Positions 1 to 13,285 of a stretch of 64,000 nucleotides of DNA are shown here, piece by piece. The notes under the pieces were generated by a model. That model was not told the DNA's origin, did not search any database, and saw only the letters and a program-made list of their open reading frames with translations. The position numbers and the translations under genes were made by a program. Source of the DNA: the human T2T-CHM13v2.0 reference genome, Homo sapiens; the NCBI RefSeq assembly GCF_009914755.1, contig NC_060925.1; one strand, given 5' to 3'. Each line of letters starts with the position of its first letter. Position 1 is the first letter of the stretch.

Positions 1-340
1 CCTACATAACCCAGACAACACAGATTAGATTTTTTTACCCCCTTGGTGCCTAATTGAGAAAACCTACAGAAGCCATGTTTCTGGATAGAACTATTATTAT
101 AGGGCCTTCCACAGTGTCATAAGACAAAGTCTAAAAAGTTAGTTATATCTTATGCATAAATATAGCTATCATTATAATGAATAAAACATTTTTCCCTTGT
201 ATAATATTTTTCCAGGCTTAAAATACCTGATTTGCCTATATCTTGTTATACTGACAAATGATCAGACCTATTTCCTGTAAACTTTTCCTGATAATACCAG
301 GATAGTTGATTTAGAAGTATCTTTTTACTCTGTTAGATAA

Positions 341-652
<312 letters not shown>

Positions 653-2466
653 CAGATTTAATTTTTCAACTAGAGAAGGCATCGGAAATGAATCTCGAGT
701 TGAGAGTTTCTGGCCAGACTGGATTTTTCTCATTCTGATGTTGGGGCCCACATTATTTCTTGTATTCCCTAGAAAGAGGGTTCTTTAGTATCATCAGGGG
801 GTGACCAGGAGCCTCAATCTTTGGCCTCCAAAAAGAACCTCCCTCCAATCATCCCCTGGGTCTTCTGACAATTCTAGTCTGTCTTTCCTAGGCCTCCTTG
901 TTTTCATTTGCCTTTTCTCTTTGTGCCAATATCAGTTAAGCCCTCCTAATTTCATACTTTGATATGACTCTGTCTTCCAGTTCTATGCCTAGCACAGTCT
1001 TCCTTCCATTGTGGTTCCTGGGTGAGCTCAGGTGGCCAGTGTCCCTTGGCTCGAGCCTCATGCCTTGGTTGTACTCTATGAGTCTCCCTGTGCACTCCCA
1101 GGGTGACTTTAGGGATTAGGTCTGGAGTTTACCATGAGATACCAGCCTTTGTTTCCCTCCCTCTAATATGGGGTAGCATGGAAGCGGACTCACCTTGCCT
1201 CTGCGGGTTGTATACTATGGTTTAGGGAGGGATGAAGCAGTACTCTGGGCCCTACTAAGGCTGCATGGAGAACTGTCCACCCAGTGACCTTCCCTGAAGG
1301 CTGCTGTGTCACTGCAGATGGCTTTGAAGTACAGAAGCCACACTTGGTTGGTTTTGGCAAGAGGCCATTTAGAGGCTACTGATGAGAAGGAGTCAAGTAC
1401 AGAGAGGCCATTCTATTTTAAAATGACCCCTTCTCTTTGAGTTGTTCGTCTCCCCAAATATCAGCAGACAGAATGTGCTGCTGGAACTTCATGAAGAAAA
1501 GTGGCTGCTAGTTTCAATTGACCTTTTCAATCCCACAGAGATGTGGTTTCATCTCCGTGGCTTATGAATGGTACAATAGTTATATAAAGTAGACCAAATC
1601 TGAGGAAACAGCTATAGAAAAATTCTTCCCATAGACAGGGTTGGTACCATTATATTCTAATGTACCAAATCAGATCCACTGCCCTTGAGCTGAAATCAGG
1701 GAGACAGAACAGATAATTGGATGTTATACAATTAAATCTGAATACTGAGACCTAACAAGTCTCTTGCATATGCTGGGTAATGAAGTTGCATTTCTTCATT
1801 GTCCCTGATGTGGATTAAATGTGAGCAGGAAATGAAAATGAAAAATACAGTAATAGGACAGATTTCAAACTTCTCATCTTTGTGGGGAAGGAGAGAAGGG
1901 TGGAAAAAAATAAGCAGGGAACTGTAGCTCAATTCACTTTTTGATTGAATAAGAAGTTACCGCCATATTCCAAATATGTACATATTTTAATCTAGTAATA
2001 AATTCAAACAGTAGACATTTAAATAAAAACATGCCCCCCGCAAAAGGCATAAGGATATAAAGAGAAGAAAAAGAGCACTACCCACACATTTTTATTAGTG
2101 TTTATGGGCTTAGAGAAATCTAATAAGAAACTAGGCTGCATATTTAACATATATTACGTCTTGCCCAGAATAGCTATTCAATAAATATTCACTGAGTTTT
2201 CTCCCAATAATGGCATTCAGGGAAAATACAATGCCACCAACTTCAGTGCAGCTGTTGCCAATAAATATCTTTCCTGATTACTGAAAAATGAAGAATTTAA
2301 AATAGAGCAATAAAGCTTAATAACTGTAGCAGGAACTCTTGTCGTATTTTCCTTTTACATGTCTCATGGAGCTTGTTGGCTTCGGGTTTAGCTTGGGTTT
2401 CAGTGACGGGAAGCTAAACTAACAATGTCCACCTTCCCCACTCATCTATTAAGCCAAGCCATGGAT

Positions 2467-2770
2467 ATTTTATTTTATTTTATTTTAAGTCCTGGGATAC
2501 ATGTGCAGAACGTGCAGGTTTGTTATATGGGTATACATGTGCCATGGTGGTTTGCTGCACCTATCAACCCATCATCTAGGTTTTAAGCCCCACATGCATT
2601 AGGTATTTGTCCTAATGCTCTCCCTCCTCTTGCCCCTGACCCCACGACAGGCCCCAGTGTGTGATGTTCCCCTCCCTGTGTCCACGTATTCTCACTGTTC
2701 AACTCTCACTTATGAGTGAGAACACGCAGTGTTTGGTTTTCTGTTCCTGTGTAAGTTTCCTGAGACTGAT
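2467..2770 (-). mobile_element. L1PA 3' end fragment
   Basis: (TTTTA)n then GGGATACATGTGCAGAACGTGCAGG...ACTTATGAGTGAGAAC, the reverse of an L1 3'UTR. Confidence 0.9.
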
Positions 2771-3129
2771 AAACCATGGTCTTTGCTGTGTCTTTTCTGC
2801 CTTATATATTGTAGGTGACCGATACACCTGCTCAAAAGTTACTTGTTGATTTGAATTGAACTTGTACCTCTCACCTCTCCTACTGGACCACAAGCTCTTT
2901 TTTTCATCTCCTAGCAGAACATCTTTCCCATGGTGATAATCAACAGATACTAATTTGTTTTAATGAACAAAATATGATGGAATCCACTACCAAAATAAAT
3001 GGTCTTGAACATTCTTCTGCAAACCTCCAGGTAATGAAAGGAACCCCAGTTGATACCTCATGACTGGTTAGGCACTACCACACCCAATGTTTTTGTGTGA
3101 CAGCAAAGATCACACTGTGGGGCAGTGAC

Positions 3130-4160
3130 TTACTTAATGCTTGGTCTTCCCAGCAGGCTGTGAAATTTATCAGGGAGGACTGTTCTGACTGTTGTATCTC
3201 TAGCCCCCAACACTGTGCCTAGCACATGATAGGCCTTAATAAACATTCCATTCAGTGGCCAGCATGATGGTTTCAGTGAATCTGACCATGTCACTCCCTT
3301 CCTGGAAGCCCTCCAATGGCCATCCAGAACAAAACCCAAAGTTCAGATAATGCCTTCCAGGCAGACTGCACGTCTCCAGATGGACTTTTGCCATCCTTGG
3401 CACATTCTCTGTCCAAGGTGGCCTTTCCTAACTCGAGCCCTTCGTGTGAGCTAGTCCCTCTGCCTACAATTCTCTCCCCCTCCCTTGTCACCAGACTAGC
3501 TTCTATTTTTACTTGTAGTCTCAACTTGAGGCACTTGCTCAAGAAAGTCATTCATGACCACATGGACGAACAAGATCATGTCTCCTAATACATGCCCTCC
3601 CAGCACCTTGCACCTCTTCTTAATAGCAATGTTTATAATGGTGACTTCAACAATTAAATTTTAATAATTTGTTTAAAGTCAGCCAGCTTAGCTTTGGTTA
3701 TGTTTGTCTGGTTCACTAGATTTCCAGTACCAGCTCAATCCCCAACTCAGAACAGACATTCCTTACATGTCTTGAATGGTAATTAATTCTGGATGGAAGC
3801 CTATCTAGGGGCAGGTCAAGCCTATTGTGATATCTCCTCCACCCCATCTCTTCACTATCCTGACCCCCCGCCCTGAGCAGCAGCCACTACCTTCTCTCCC
3901 TTGTCCCCTGACTCTGACATTTACTGTCTACCCTTACGTAGAGCCATTTAAGTTAAAGAGTGTGAATCTAATACTTTAAGTTGATTATTCTCCAGCTTAA
4001 CCTGTATCTCAGTTTCCTCGTGTGCATCACATCACACATCATTTCCTCGTGTGATAACAGAACCTGCTGCATATGGTTGTTGTGAGGGACTACTGGGTAA
4101 ATGTACGTAATGAACATGGCTCCATGTCTAGCACGTACTAATCAATCAGTGGTAGATACT
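3130..4160. mobile_element. Degenerate L2 and MIR fragments
   Basis: L2 3' motif acactgtgcctagcacatgataggcc; MIR core ctcagtttcctc...ggttgttgtgagg; boundaries approximate. Confidence 0.6.
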
Positions 4161-4523
4161 CTTACTGATAATTATAATTATCAATAATTCTACTCCAATC
4201 CTTCCTCTGCCTTGGGTTTATTTTACCTGATTAAAGTAAGATGATTGACTAAAATGCATATTCAGTGCACTGGAATGCCACTTCCTTAGGTCTTAGACAT
4301 CAGGAATGATGGAAATAGAATTTCCACAGCAACTTACATGTCAAAGGATTGTAGGTTTAGATTCAGAATTTTTAGTTGAATGTGTACTGGCCTCTGAAGC
4401 TTAAAAAACATGGGCTGAGTAATGGGTGGAAAAGGATGCCCATTAATTCAGCTTTCAAAATGAAAATGTAAACATGCTGACCCTAGTCGAAGCACCCAGC
4501 CCTCGCCAGCACACCTCACTGAC

Positions 4524-4667
4524 CTTCTCCAGTCGGTAGATGAGCTGCTTGGTGGAGAGCTGGATGAGAGGTGCGACGAACTCACAGGTGATGTTCACAG
4601 CCATCACCAAGCTCTTCCCCTTCTGTGCCCCGATGATGGCGTGGCACACCAGCTTCTCTTTCACTAT
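4524..4667 (-). CDS. HYDIN: HYDIN/HYDIN2 exon 21 equivalent, IVKEKLVCHAIIGAQKGKSLVMAVNITCEFVAPLIQLSTKQLIYRLEK
   Basis: 144 nt overlapping ORF 4455-4664(-); acceptor ctcactggcag, donor AAG|gtcagt. Confidence 0.97.
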
Positions 4668-5003
4668 CTGCCAGTGAGATAAGCCAGCATTTGGGGAACA
4701 ACTATAACTTAATACTTACTCAGAATACTTATTTACCCACTGAGAGAAAATGGATTTCCGACTACCTGCCTGGGGACACAAGGAAGAGCACACTTTTCTG
4801 AACAGCACGTTTCAGGGACTGCTCTTTGTCACATGATTATGTTTTTGTTAGTTACACATGGCCTTGATGGATTCTGTATTTATTTCTGACTGCCCTGAGG
4901 CAGTTGATTTACATTCAGTTCTGGGAGTAAAAACATTGATGAACAAGACAGATAAAATCTTTCATGGGGCTTATAGTTCAAAGGTGGTTACATGATTTCT
5001 TAA

Positions 5004-5368
<365 letters not shown>

Positions 5369-5555
5369 TAAAAATCATGCATTAGGAATTAATATTTCTT
5401 TGGACTCAAAAAGCCTAGATTTTTATAAAGCAGAAAGGATCAAAAGTGAATTTACAGCATGAATAGGTTATATAGAAGAGTGCTCAGGTTAGGGATGTTA
5501 ATGCATTCCAGTCTCTTCTCAATTATGTAGCATGATTTAGAAGAACATTCGGGGA

Positions 5556-5892
<337 letters not shown>

Positions 5893-6593
5893 TTAAGCTG
5901 AGTTTAGTCCCCCAGCAGCTCAGAATTAATGCCTTCAAAAATATGGACAACTCTTGATAACCACATTATAAATATGCTCTTCCAACAGCTGTCAGTGTCT
6001 TGAGATAAGGGCCTGTGTTCTATTCATCTTTACATCCTCAGTGCCTAGCACAGTATTTGTCACATGGTATACACACAATAAAAGTTGGCTGATCACCTGA
6101 ATAACAGAGAGAAGGAACACATTACCTTTTCCACAATGAGAGATAACCCCCCCTTTTGTTGAACTGAGGATGCGTTTTACCTGAAAATGCTCTATGAAGA
6201 AATAATCTAATGAAATAAAGTGGAATCTGTGACCTTAGAGAAGCTAAGCAAGGGACTAGCTTTCCAGCTGTGTCTACTGGGAGACAAAGTTCTTTTTGCT
6301 TCCTATTTAATGTGGGGAAAAGTCAGTATCACCTCCAAATTTGGCAACACAAGCAGGATCTTAAGCAAGCATCATTTCTCATCTACAAGGTCTGCATTTT
6401 GTCGGGAGGGAGAGACTCTTAAGTGACTTTGAAAGCCTTTCCTTTAGGTTTTTAATGGTTTCCACACTCTGTGAGAGAATAGGGATAAAGAAACACACAT
6501 GATTTGGATCTACTGAAACGTTTTACGTAGAGTGTATGGAGATCATGTAAATAAAAGCAGGGAATCAGAGTTGCTGAAGATAAATGTGGCTCT

Positions 6594-6599
6594 TTTATT
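6594..6599 (-). promoter_or_regulatory. AATAAA candidate poly(A) signal for the intron-20 read-through short isoform
   Basis: tttatt on + strand about 470 nt past the exon 20 donor; a second AATAAA at 7019-7024. Confidence 0.4.
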
Positions 6600-6918
6600 A
6601 ATGCATAAAAAGAAGGTGTTTTGAAATGTGAGTTGCAGTCAGGCTGGAAAGAAAGGAACAGGGATGTCCCAATACCTGAACAGGAGAGGCAGCCCAGAGT
6701 GTCGATATAAACACCCTTTTTGAATGAATATTAAATTCATCCTGCTAAGTGTTAATAGGAGAATTTGCTTTGGCTAAAAACTGGGTGTTTTTCTACCAGA
6801 GACTTGCTGGCTGGTCACTGTGGACCCTGGGCATGAGAACCTCCTTTAAGACTGGGTTCACAGTAGCTACAGAAACAAATCGAAGACTGAGCAGAGCTGC
6901 ACCCCGAAAGCAACGGAT

Positions 6919-6932
6919 GCTACCATGGTAAC
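6919..6932. promoter_or_regulatory. Candidate RFX X-box (gctaccatggtaac) with adjacent MYB-like caacgg
   Basis: One mismatch to the GTNRCC-N2-RGYAAC X-box; motif only. Confidence 0.3.
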
Positions 6933-7064
6933 TCAGGATTGTACACAATCCTTGAGAAACCATATCCTTCCTCAGATAAATGTCAAGGGACTTTCCTAAG
7001 AAATAGATACAGTAGAGATTTATTTAGGAAAAAACAATAGCTTCCAAATGTGCTGTCCCCTTAC

Positions 7065-7338
7065 CCTGGGAGTAGCAGAATAGCCTTCGAGTATCACATC
7101 AATTGCCTGGCCTGGGTACAGCTCCATGCTGGCGGGGTGGAGATGAAACACGGGGCTCTGTGGATCCCTGGGCTCCTGAGAGCCACTGGGCTGGGGTTGG
7201 ACATGAGCATGTCCCTTCTTAACCCGGCCCTTCTTACTCAGCTTGGCCTGGGGTCGGAAGCTATCATTCATCCAGAACAACTGTTGGATCCGACGTCCCT
7301 TGTTGATCAACTTAAAGTGGTAATAGTGGGTATCCAGG
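7065..7338 (-). CDS. HYDIN: HYDIN/HYDIN2 exon 20 equivalent, LDTHYYHFKLINKGRRIQQLFW...EGYSATPR
   Basis: 274 nt overlapping ORF 7020-7310(-); acceptor cgtcttttccag, donor AGG|gtaagg. Confidence 0.97.
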
Positions 7339-8340
7339 CTGGAAAAGACGAGGCAGGTGTTGAGAGGATTCCATTTAGGGATGTTCTGTTCAGCTCTACA
7401 CCCTTGGGATTTACTCTTCTGGAAGTATTTAAAATGGTGAGCAACAATATAAGACTTTTTTTTTTTTTTTAAATGTAGGAAGACTAAGTCACGATGCCAC
7501 TAGGAACTAACACAGAGTTGGCATCACCAGGTAAGGGGCTGTGGAAAATCTCCACTCCCCGTAAGTCTTCCCCAGCAGGCCCCACACACTGCAGGACACA
7601 CACAGTTCATGTGAAAAGCAATCCCATTTAGAAAAATAGCTCTGAGGAGTGAAAGGAAAGCAAAATACCTACTGGAGGAGAAGCGAGTTTCAAGCTGTGC
7701 TGAGAAAATTACTAGTGACTGAGTGGAATGTCCCATAATAATGGGCTCAATTTGAAGGAAGCTTTGAAGAAAAACCATGCATATTCTCTAAGCTTTAACA
7801 GAGGCCAGGGGGACTGCAATGGGCCAGAACACCACCGGGATTGGTCACCCATCTCAGACTAATGTGCTTTAAAGATGTTGCAATTTCATGTATTCATTTG
7901 TTCATCATGCATTCATATATTCCACAAATATTTACTAAGAACGTCCCGACTGCCTGGCTATTTGCTAAAAAAAAACTGGGATTTCTAAGATCTCGGATAT
8001 GGTTCAAATGTGTTTTTGTTTGTTTGGGATTTTTTTTTTTTTCCCACAGGCTTACTTTAAAATATTTTCTTAGGGAAAAACTCATCTCGGGACTGTTTTT
8101 TATTTTTTAAATTTTACTAGGCTTTGAGATTTCATCCCATCTGTTCCTCCTTAGGAAATGACATCATGCCTGGTAAGTTGAACCATGAAATAAACAATCA
8201 GAAGGAATATTTGCTAGTTGTCAGGTATAACCATTTCTAGCTACATATGTTGTGAATCTGTGTCCACGGGGCACGCTCAAGGGAGCTTCTTTACTTGGTA
8301 GTTTATGGCTAACAGTAGGCTTTTGGGGGAAATAATAAAC

Positions 8341-8400
8341 AACATATACTGTTTATAAAAACCATATACTGTTTATAAAAAACACATACTGTTTATAAAG
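8341..8400. repeat. 20-bp tandem repeat x3 (aacatatactgtttataaaa)
   Basis: Three adjacent near-identical units. Confidence 0.9.
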
Positions 8401-8579
8401 ACTAGGCAGGATGTCTGTTACTTATTCACAGTATATCTTTCAATCATCACAGCAATCCAGTCATGATAAGTATATTTACTACCATTTTATAGATCAAGAA
8501 ATGGAAGCTCTGAAAACCTAAGGGAGTTGTCTAAAAATATGCAATTAGAAGCGGCAGCGTATGGCTATTTCTTTAGACC

Positions 8580-8783
8580 AGACGTTGGCAAACTTTTTCT
8601 TTAAAGGGCTAAATAACAAATATTTTAGGCTTTTTGGGCCACACGGTCTCTGTAACAGCTACTCAACTTTCCCTTGTAGTGTGAAAGCAGCCATAGACAA
8701 TATGTTAAGAAATGGGCATGGCTGTGTTCCAATAAAACTTTATTTACAAAAGCAGGCAGAGGGTTGTAGTTTACCCAGCCCTG
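8580..8783. mobile_element. MER58A-like hAT-Charlie MITE
   Basis: ttggcaaactttttc...aaatattttaggct...gctgtgttccaataaaactttatttacaaaa...ccctg. Confidence 0.8.
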
Positions 8784-9519
8784 CTTTTGACAATTCTTCT
8801 GGAGACTGCAGGCATAGTGATTTTATGTCAAAAAGTTTAGGCAGAGGGCAAATTAGCAACTAAAGCTACAGTTTGCTTTTATATTCATAGAAAACTGTTA
8901 GCTAACCCTCCAATTCCATATGTCAGAATATCCTTTGAAGGCTACTTGACACTATTTGTAGATTTAAAAGAACATGTAATTAGGTCTGGTTTGCCACATA
9001 TTGTTTTCTACAATTATATTTGAGTGCACGAAAAGAAATTTGAAACTAGAAGCACTGGTATGCAATGACAAACTACCCTCGCTTACGGCCAATAGACAGG
9101 CAGAGAGGACAATTCTTATATTTAGTCGACTTGAAAAATATAATTGGATACTTGTCTAAAAGCATGCAATTCAACCATGTGACTTGCTTTTTACTTAATT
9201 TTCTACTAGTTTATGGTATTTTCAATCAAGTCCCATATTTTGTAGATGGAGCAGAGGGAAGGATTCTGGGGAGGGCTCCTAACTGATTAATGTCAGTCAC
9301 ATCTCCAAGCACAGCATATATGACTTGATTTCAGGGCCTGTGAGCCCAGAAGTCAGGGGGAATACCTTCTGAGATCTGTTCACAGTACTGCAACGGATAA
9401 GTTCAAATTCAACTGGCCCCCAAGAGCCAACTAGTGATGGCGACATGACTCTCCTGAGGAATCAAGAATCCCCACACATACCCTCTGCGCTTAGCACTCA
9501 AACCTCATATATATATTTA

Positions 9520-10200
<681 letters not shown>

Positions 10201-10387
10201 AAACCTGATTTTTATGTCCACATTTAGATTGTTCTGCTCAGAGGTGTCTATACTGTACCACAGCTTATTTAAATATTTAGACCCTCTAGCTTTTCCTGGG
10301 TAATCAGGCAAAGCCAATGGAAACCATCTCAGTTGTCGGTACTATGGGAGTCAAGTAGAGGACATAAGCTTTGCAAAAGCTGCTAGT

Positions 10388-10754
<367 letters not shown>

Positions 10755-11161
10755 TTACCTTCCTAGGTATGTTCTGCTTAGGTTACCACTAAGCTGTATC
10801 TGTATTTTCTACATTTGTGGAGAGGGATTAACAGTGTATTGGAATCAAAGAGGAGAAATTACGGTTGAGAGTCTAAATTAATCACAGAGTGGCCAGTTTG
10901 AGAAAAGAATGCATTTCCTACAAACCATATTCTTCTCACATGTAGAGGGACACGGATTAGAGAATGCAACCAAGTTATGGCTAGAAAATGTCTTCTTGTT
11001 GCTGACATACACATCAGGAGGTGGAAGAGTGAGGATGGGAAAGGAGAGGGACTGAGGTGGCTAGTTTTAATTACTTAAAATAATTTTCTAAAGTAGAGGT
11101 GATGCTCAGCATATGTAACATATGTGATATCTATAAAAATTGGTCCATGAGATTTCCTTAC

Positions 11162-11400
11162 CTAAAATGTGCCCCCAAATTGAGTTCTGGAGCAAAGGGC
11201 TTATCTGAAACAATAGTGGAACCAGTTCCGGAAGCCTGAACAGGAATCCGATAGGTACTGCTATTTTCAATGTCCAAAATAACACAGTCCTTGAATGTCA
11301 GTGTGTCATTCAGGTTGGCGGTCAGTGCCAGTTGAACATCAGTTTCTGGAGGAACCATGCCTTCATTGGGTTCAATCGTCCAAAGGGATTTTTTGTGTGC
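11162..11400 (-). CDS. HYDIN: HYDIN/HYDIN2 exon 19 equivalent, AHKKSLWTIEPNEG...ELNLGAHF(S)
   Basis: 239 nt within ORF 11158-11409(-); acceptor ttgtgttgcag, donor AG|gtaagg. Confidence 0.97.
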
Positions 11401-11986
11401 CTGCAACACAAGAGTACAAGTTAACAGGGAAGATATTCTTGGCTTTTCGTTCTATAGATGTCAAAGCCCTCTACACTTCAAATGGGTGGCATTGTGGAAT
11501 TCAACATCAGAGACAAACATTATTTTTTGAATTAAAGCAGCTGGATGTTTGTTGGTTTTCCTTTTTTTCAAAAAGCAATCTGATTCTGAAGAGCAAACCT
11601 ACGATTTTACTTTTGAATTCTCTGTGAAGATTCTTTACATCTCTTTCCCAAGATAACAGTCCAATTCTCAAACAAGCTTATAATTATTATCTACTATAAT
11701 CTCCAGATTCTGAGATACCAACAGAAGGTACAATATTCTTTATGAAGTTTGAAATTTTTATTTTTTATTCTTATTTATTTTTCCTTTTTGTTTTTTTTTT
11801 TTTTTGGAGTTTGAAATTTTTAAAAGAAACGTTTTTCAAATGCAAAATTTCTAGTGTTATAGTGAGGATGAACCAATTTAATTAATACAATATAAGAAGT
11901 CATCTGGATTTCTACTAATTTATAACAATTAATAATTAGCCTCATCAGAATTTCATTAGCTAAAATTGCAAACTTATTTTGAAATA

Positions 11987-12200
11987 CAGACATGTGTTAC
12001 TTAATGACAGGGAAACATTCTAAGAAATGTGTCATTAGGTGATTTCGTTGCTGTGCAAACATTGTAGAGCGAGACAGTGGAGTCTACTACACACCTAGGC
12101 TATACGGTATAACCTGTTGCTCCTAGGCTGAAAACCCGTGCAGCATGTTTCTGTACTGAATACTGTAGGCAACTATAACACAGTAGTATTTGTATTTCTC
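11987..12200 (+). mobile_element. Tigger3/MER7-like TcMar fragment
   Basis: cagacatgtgttacttaatgacaggg...ctactacacacctaggcta...gtactgaatactgtaggcaa. Confidence 0.8.
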
Positions 12201-12939
12201 AACCTGTCTCTGTTTCTGAGCCTCATCTGCATTTTCTGTTTGTTGTTTTCTGTGCTTCATTTTTGATGCTTTCTTTTGAGCTCTCTTCCAATTCACTAGC
12301 TCTCTCTTCAGCTATGTGTAATATGCTATTAAACACATCTATTCTCTCCTTAATTTTGATTTCTGTATTTTTGAATTCAGGTGTTGGTATTTTTGATTTT
12401 TATAAGGTTTTCATCTTTTGACAACTTTTATAATTCTGACTATGACATTCAACTTACTAGCTACTACAACTAATAATTAGGGACCACTCCTCCTAGCCCC
12501 TCCAAGTCTTCTACAAATTTAATGAGCAAATTGTTTTTGGACTTTTCAAGTAAATATAACAAATACATATTCAACGGCTCTGAGGTCCAGGTGTTGTGGG
12601 AAATACATAAACACCCCGAGGAGCTGACAGCAATGACATTAGTGAGACCAATATTTCAACAACAAAAATGGAATTCAGAAGGAGGCCAGAGTGAAACTAC
12701 TTCAGGGGAATCTAAAGAACAAGAGCAAAGGATGTTGAAACCCTTGGAATGTCTGACAAATGCACCACACACATTTTCTTTTCCTTCCAAATATGAAATT
12801 GGGCTTAATTATCAGGTGATGTGATTCCTAATTATATTGCACTATATTATTAATACTACTAAAATTCTAATTTGTTTAATTGCCTATATAAACAATTATC
12901 TCAAAGTTAATAAAAAGCATCAAAGAAAAAACATCCTTT

Positions 12940-13285
12940 TGAATGAGGTCATGTCCTTTGCAGGGACATGGATGGAACTGGAAGCCATTATCCCCAGCAA
13001 ACAAACACAGGAACATAAAACCAAACACTACATGTTCTCACTCATAAGTGGGAGCTGAACAATGAGAACACATGGACACAGGGAGGGGAACATCACACAC
13101 CAGGGCGTGTCAGGGGTCGGGGGGCAGGGGGGCGGAGAGCATCAGGAAAAATAGCTAATGCATGCTGGGTTTAATACTTAGATGGTAGGTTGATAGGTGC
13201 AGCAAACTACCATGGCACATGTTTACCTATGCAACAAACCTGCACATCCTGCACAAGTACCCTAGAACTTAAAAGAAAATAAATC
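12940..13285 (+). mobile_element. L1PA 3' end fragment
   Basis: ORF2 tail MSFAGTWMELEAII...SLISGS plus L1 3'UTR and A-rich tail. Confidence 0.92.

Noticed and set aside
7050-7472. 140-aa + strand ORF (similarly 11295-11627 and 46582-46955)
   Set aside because: Antisense shadows of HYDIN coding exons, with no independent gene signals.
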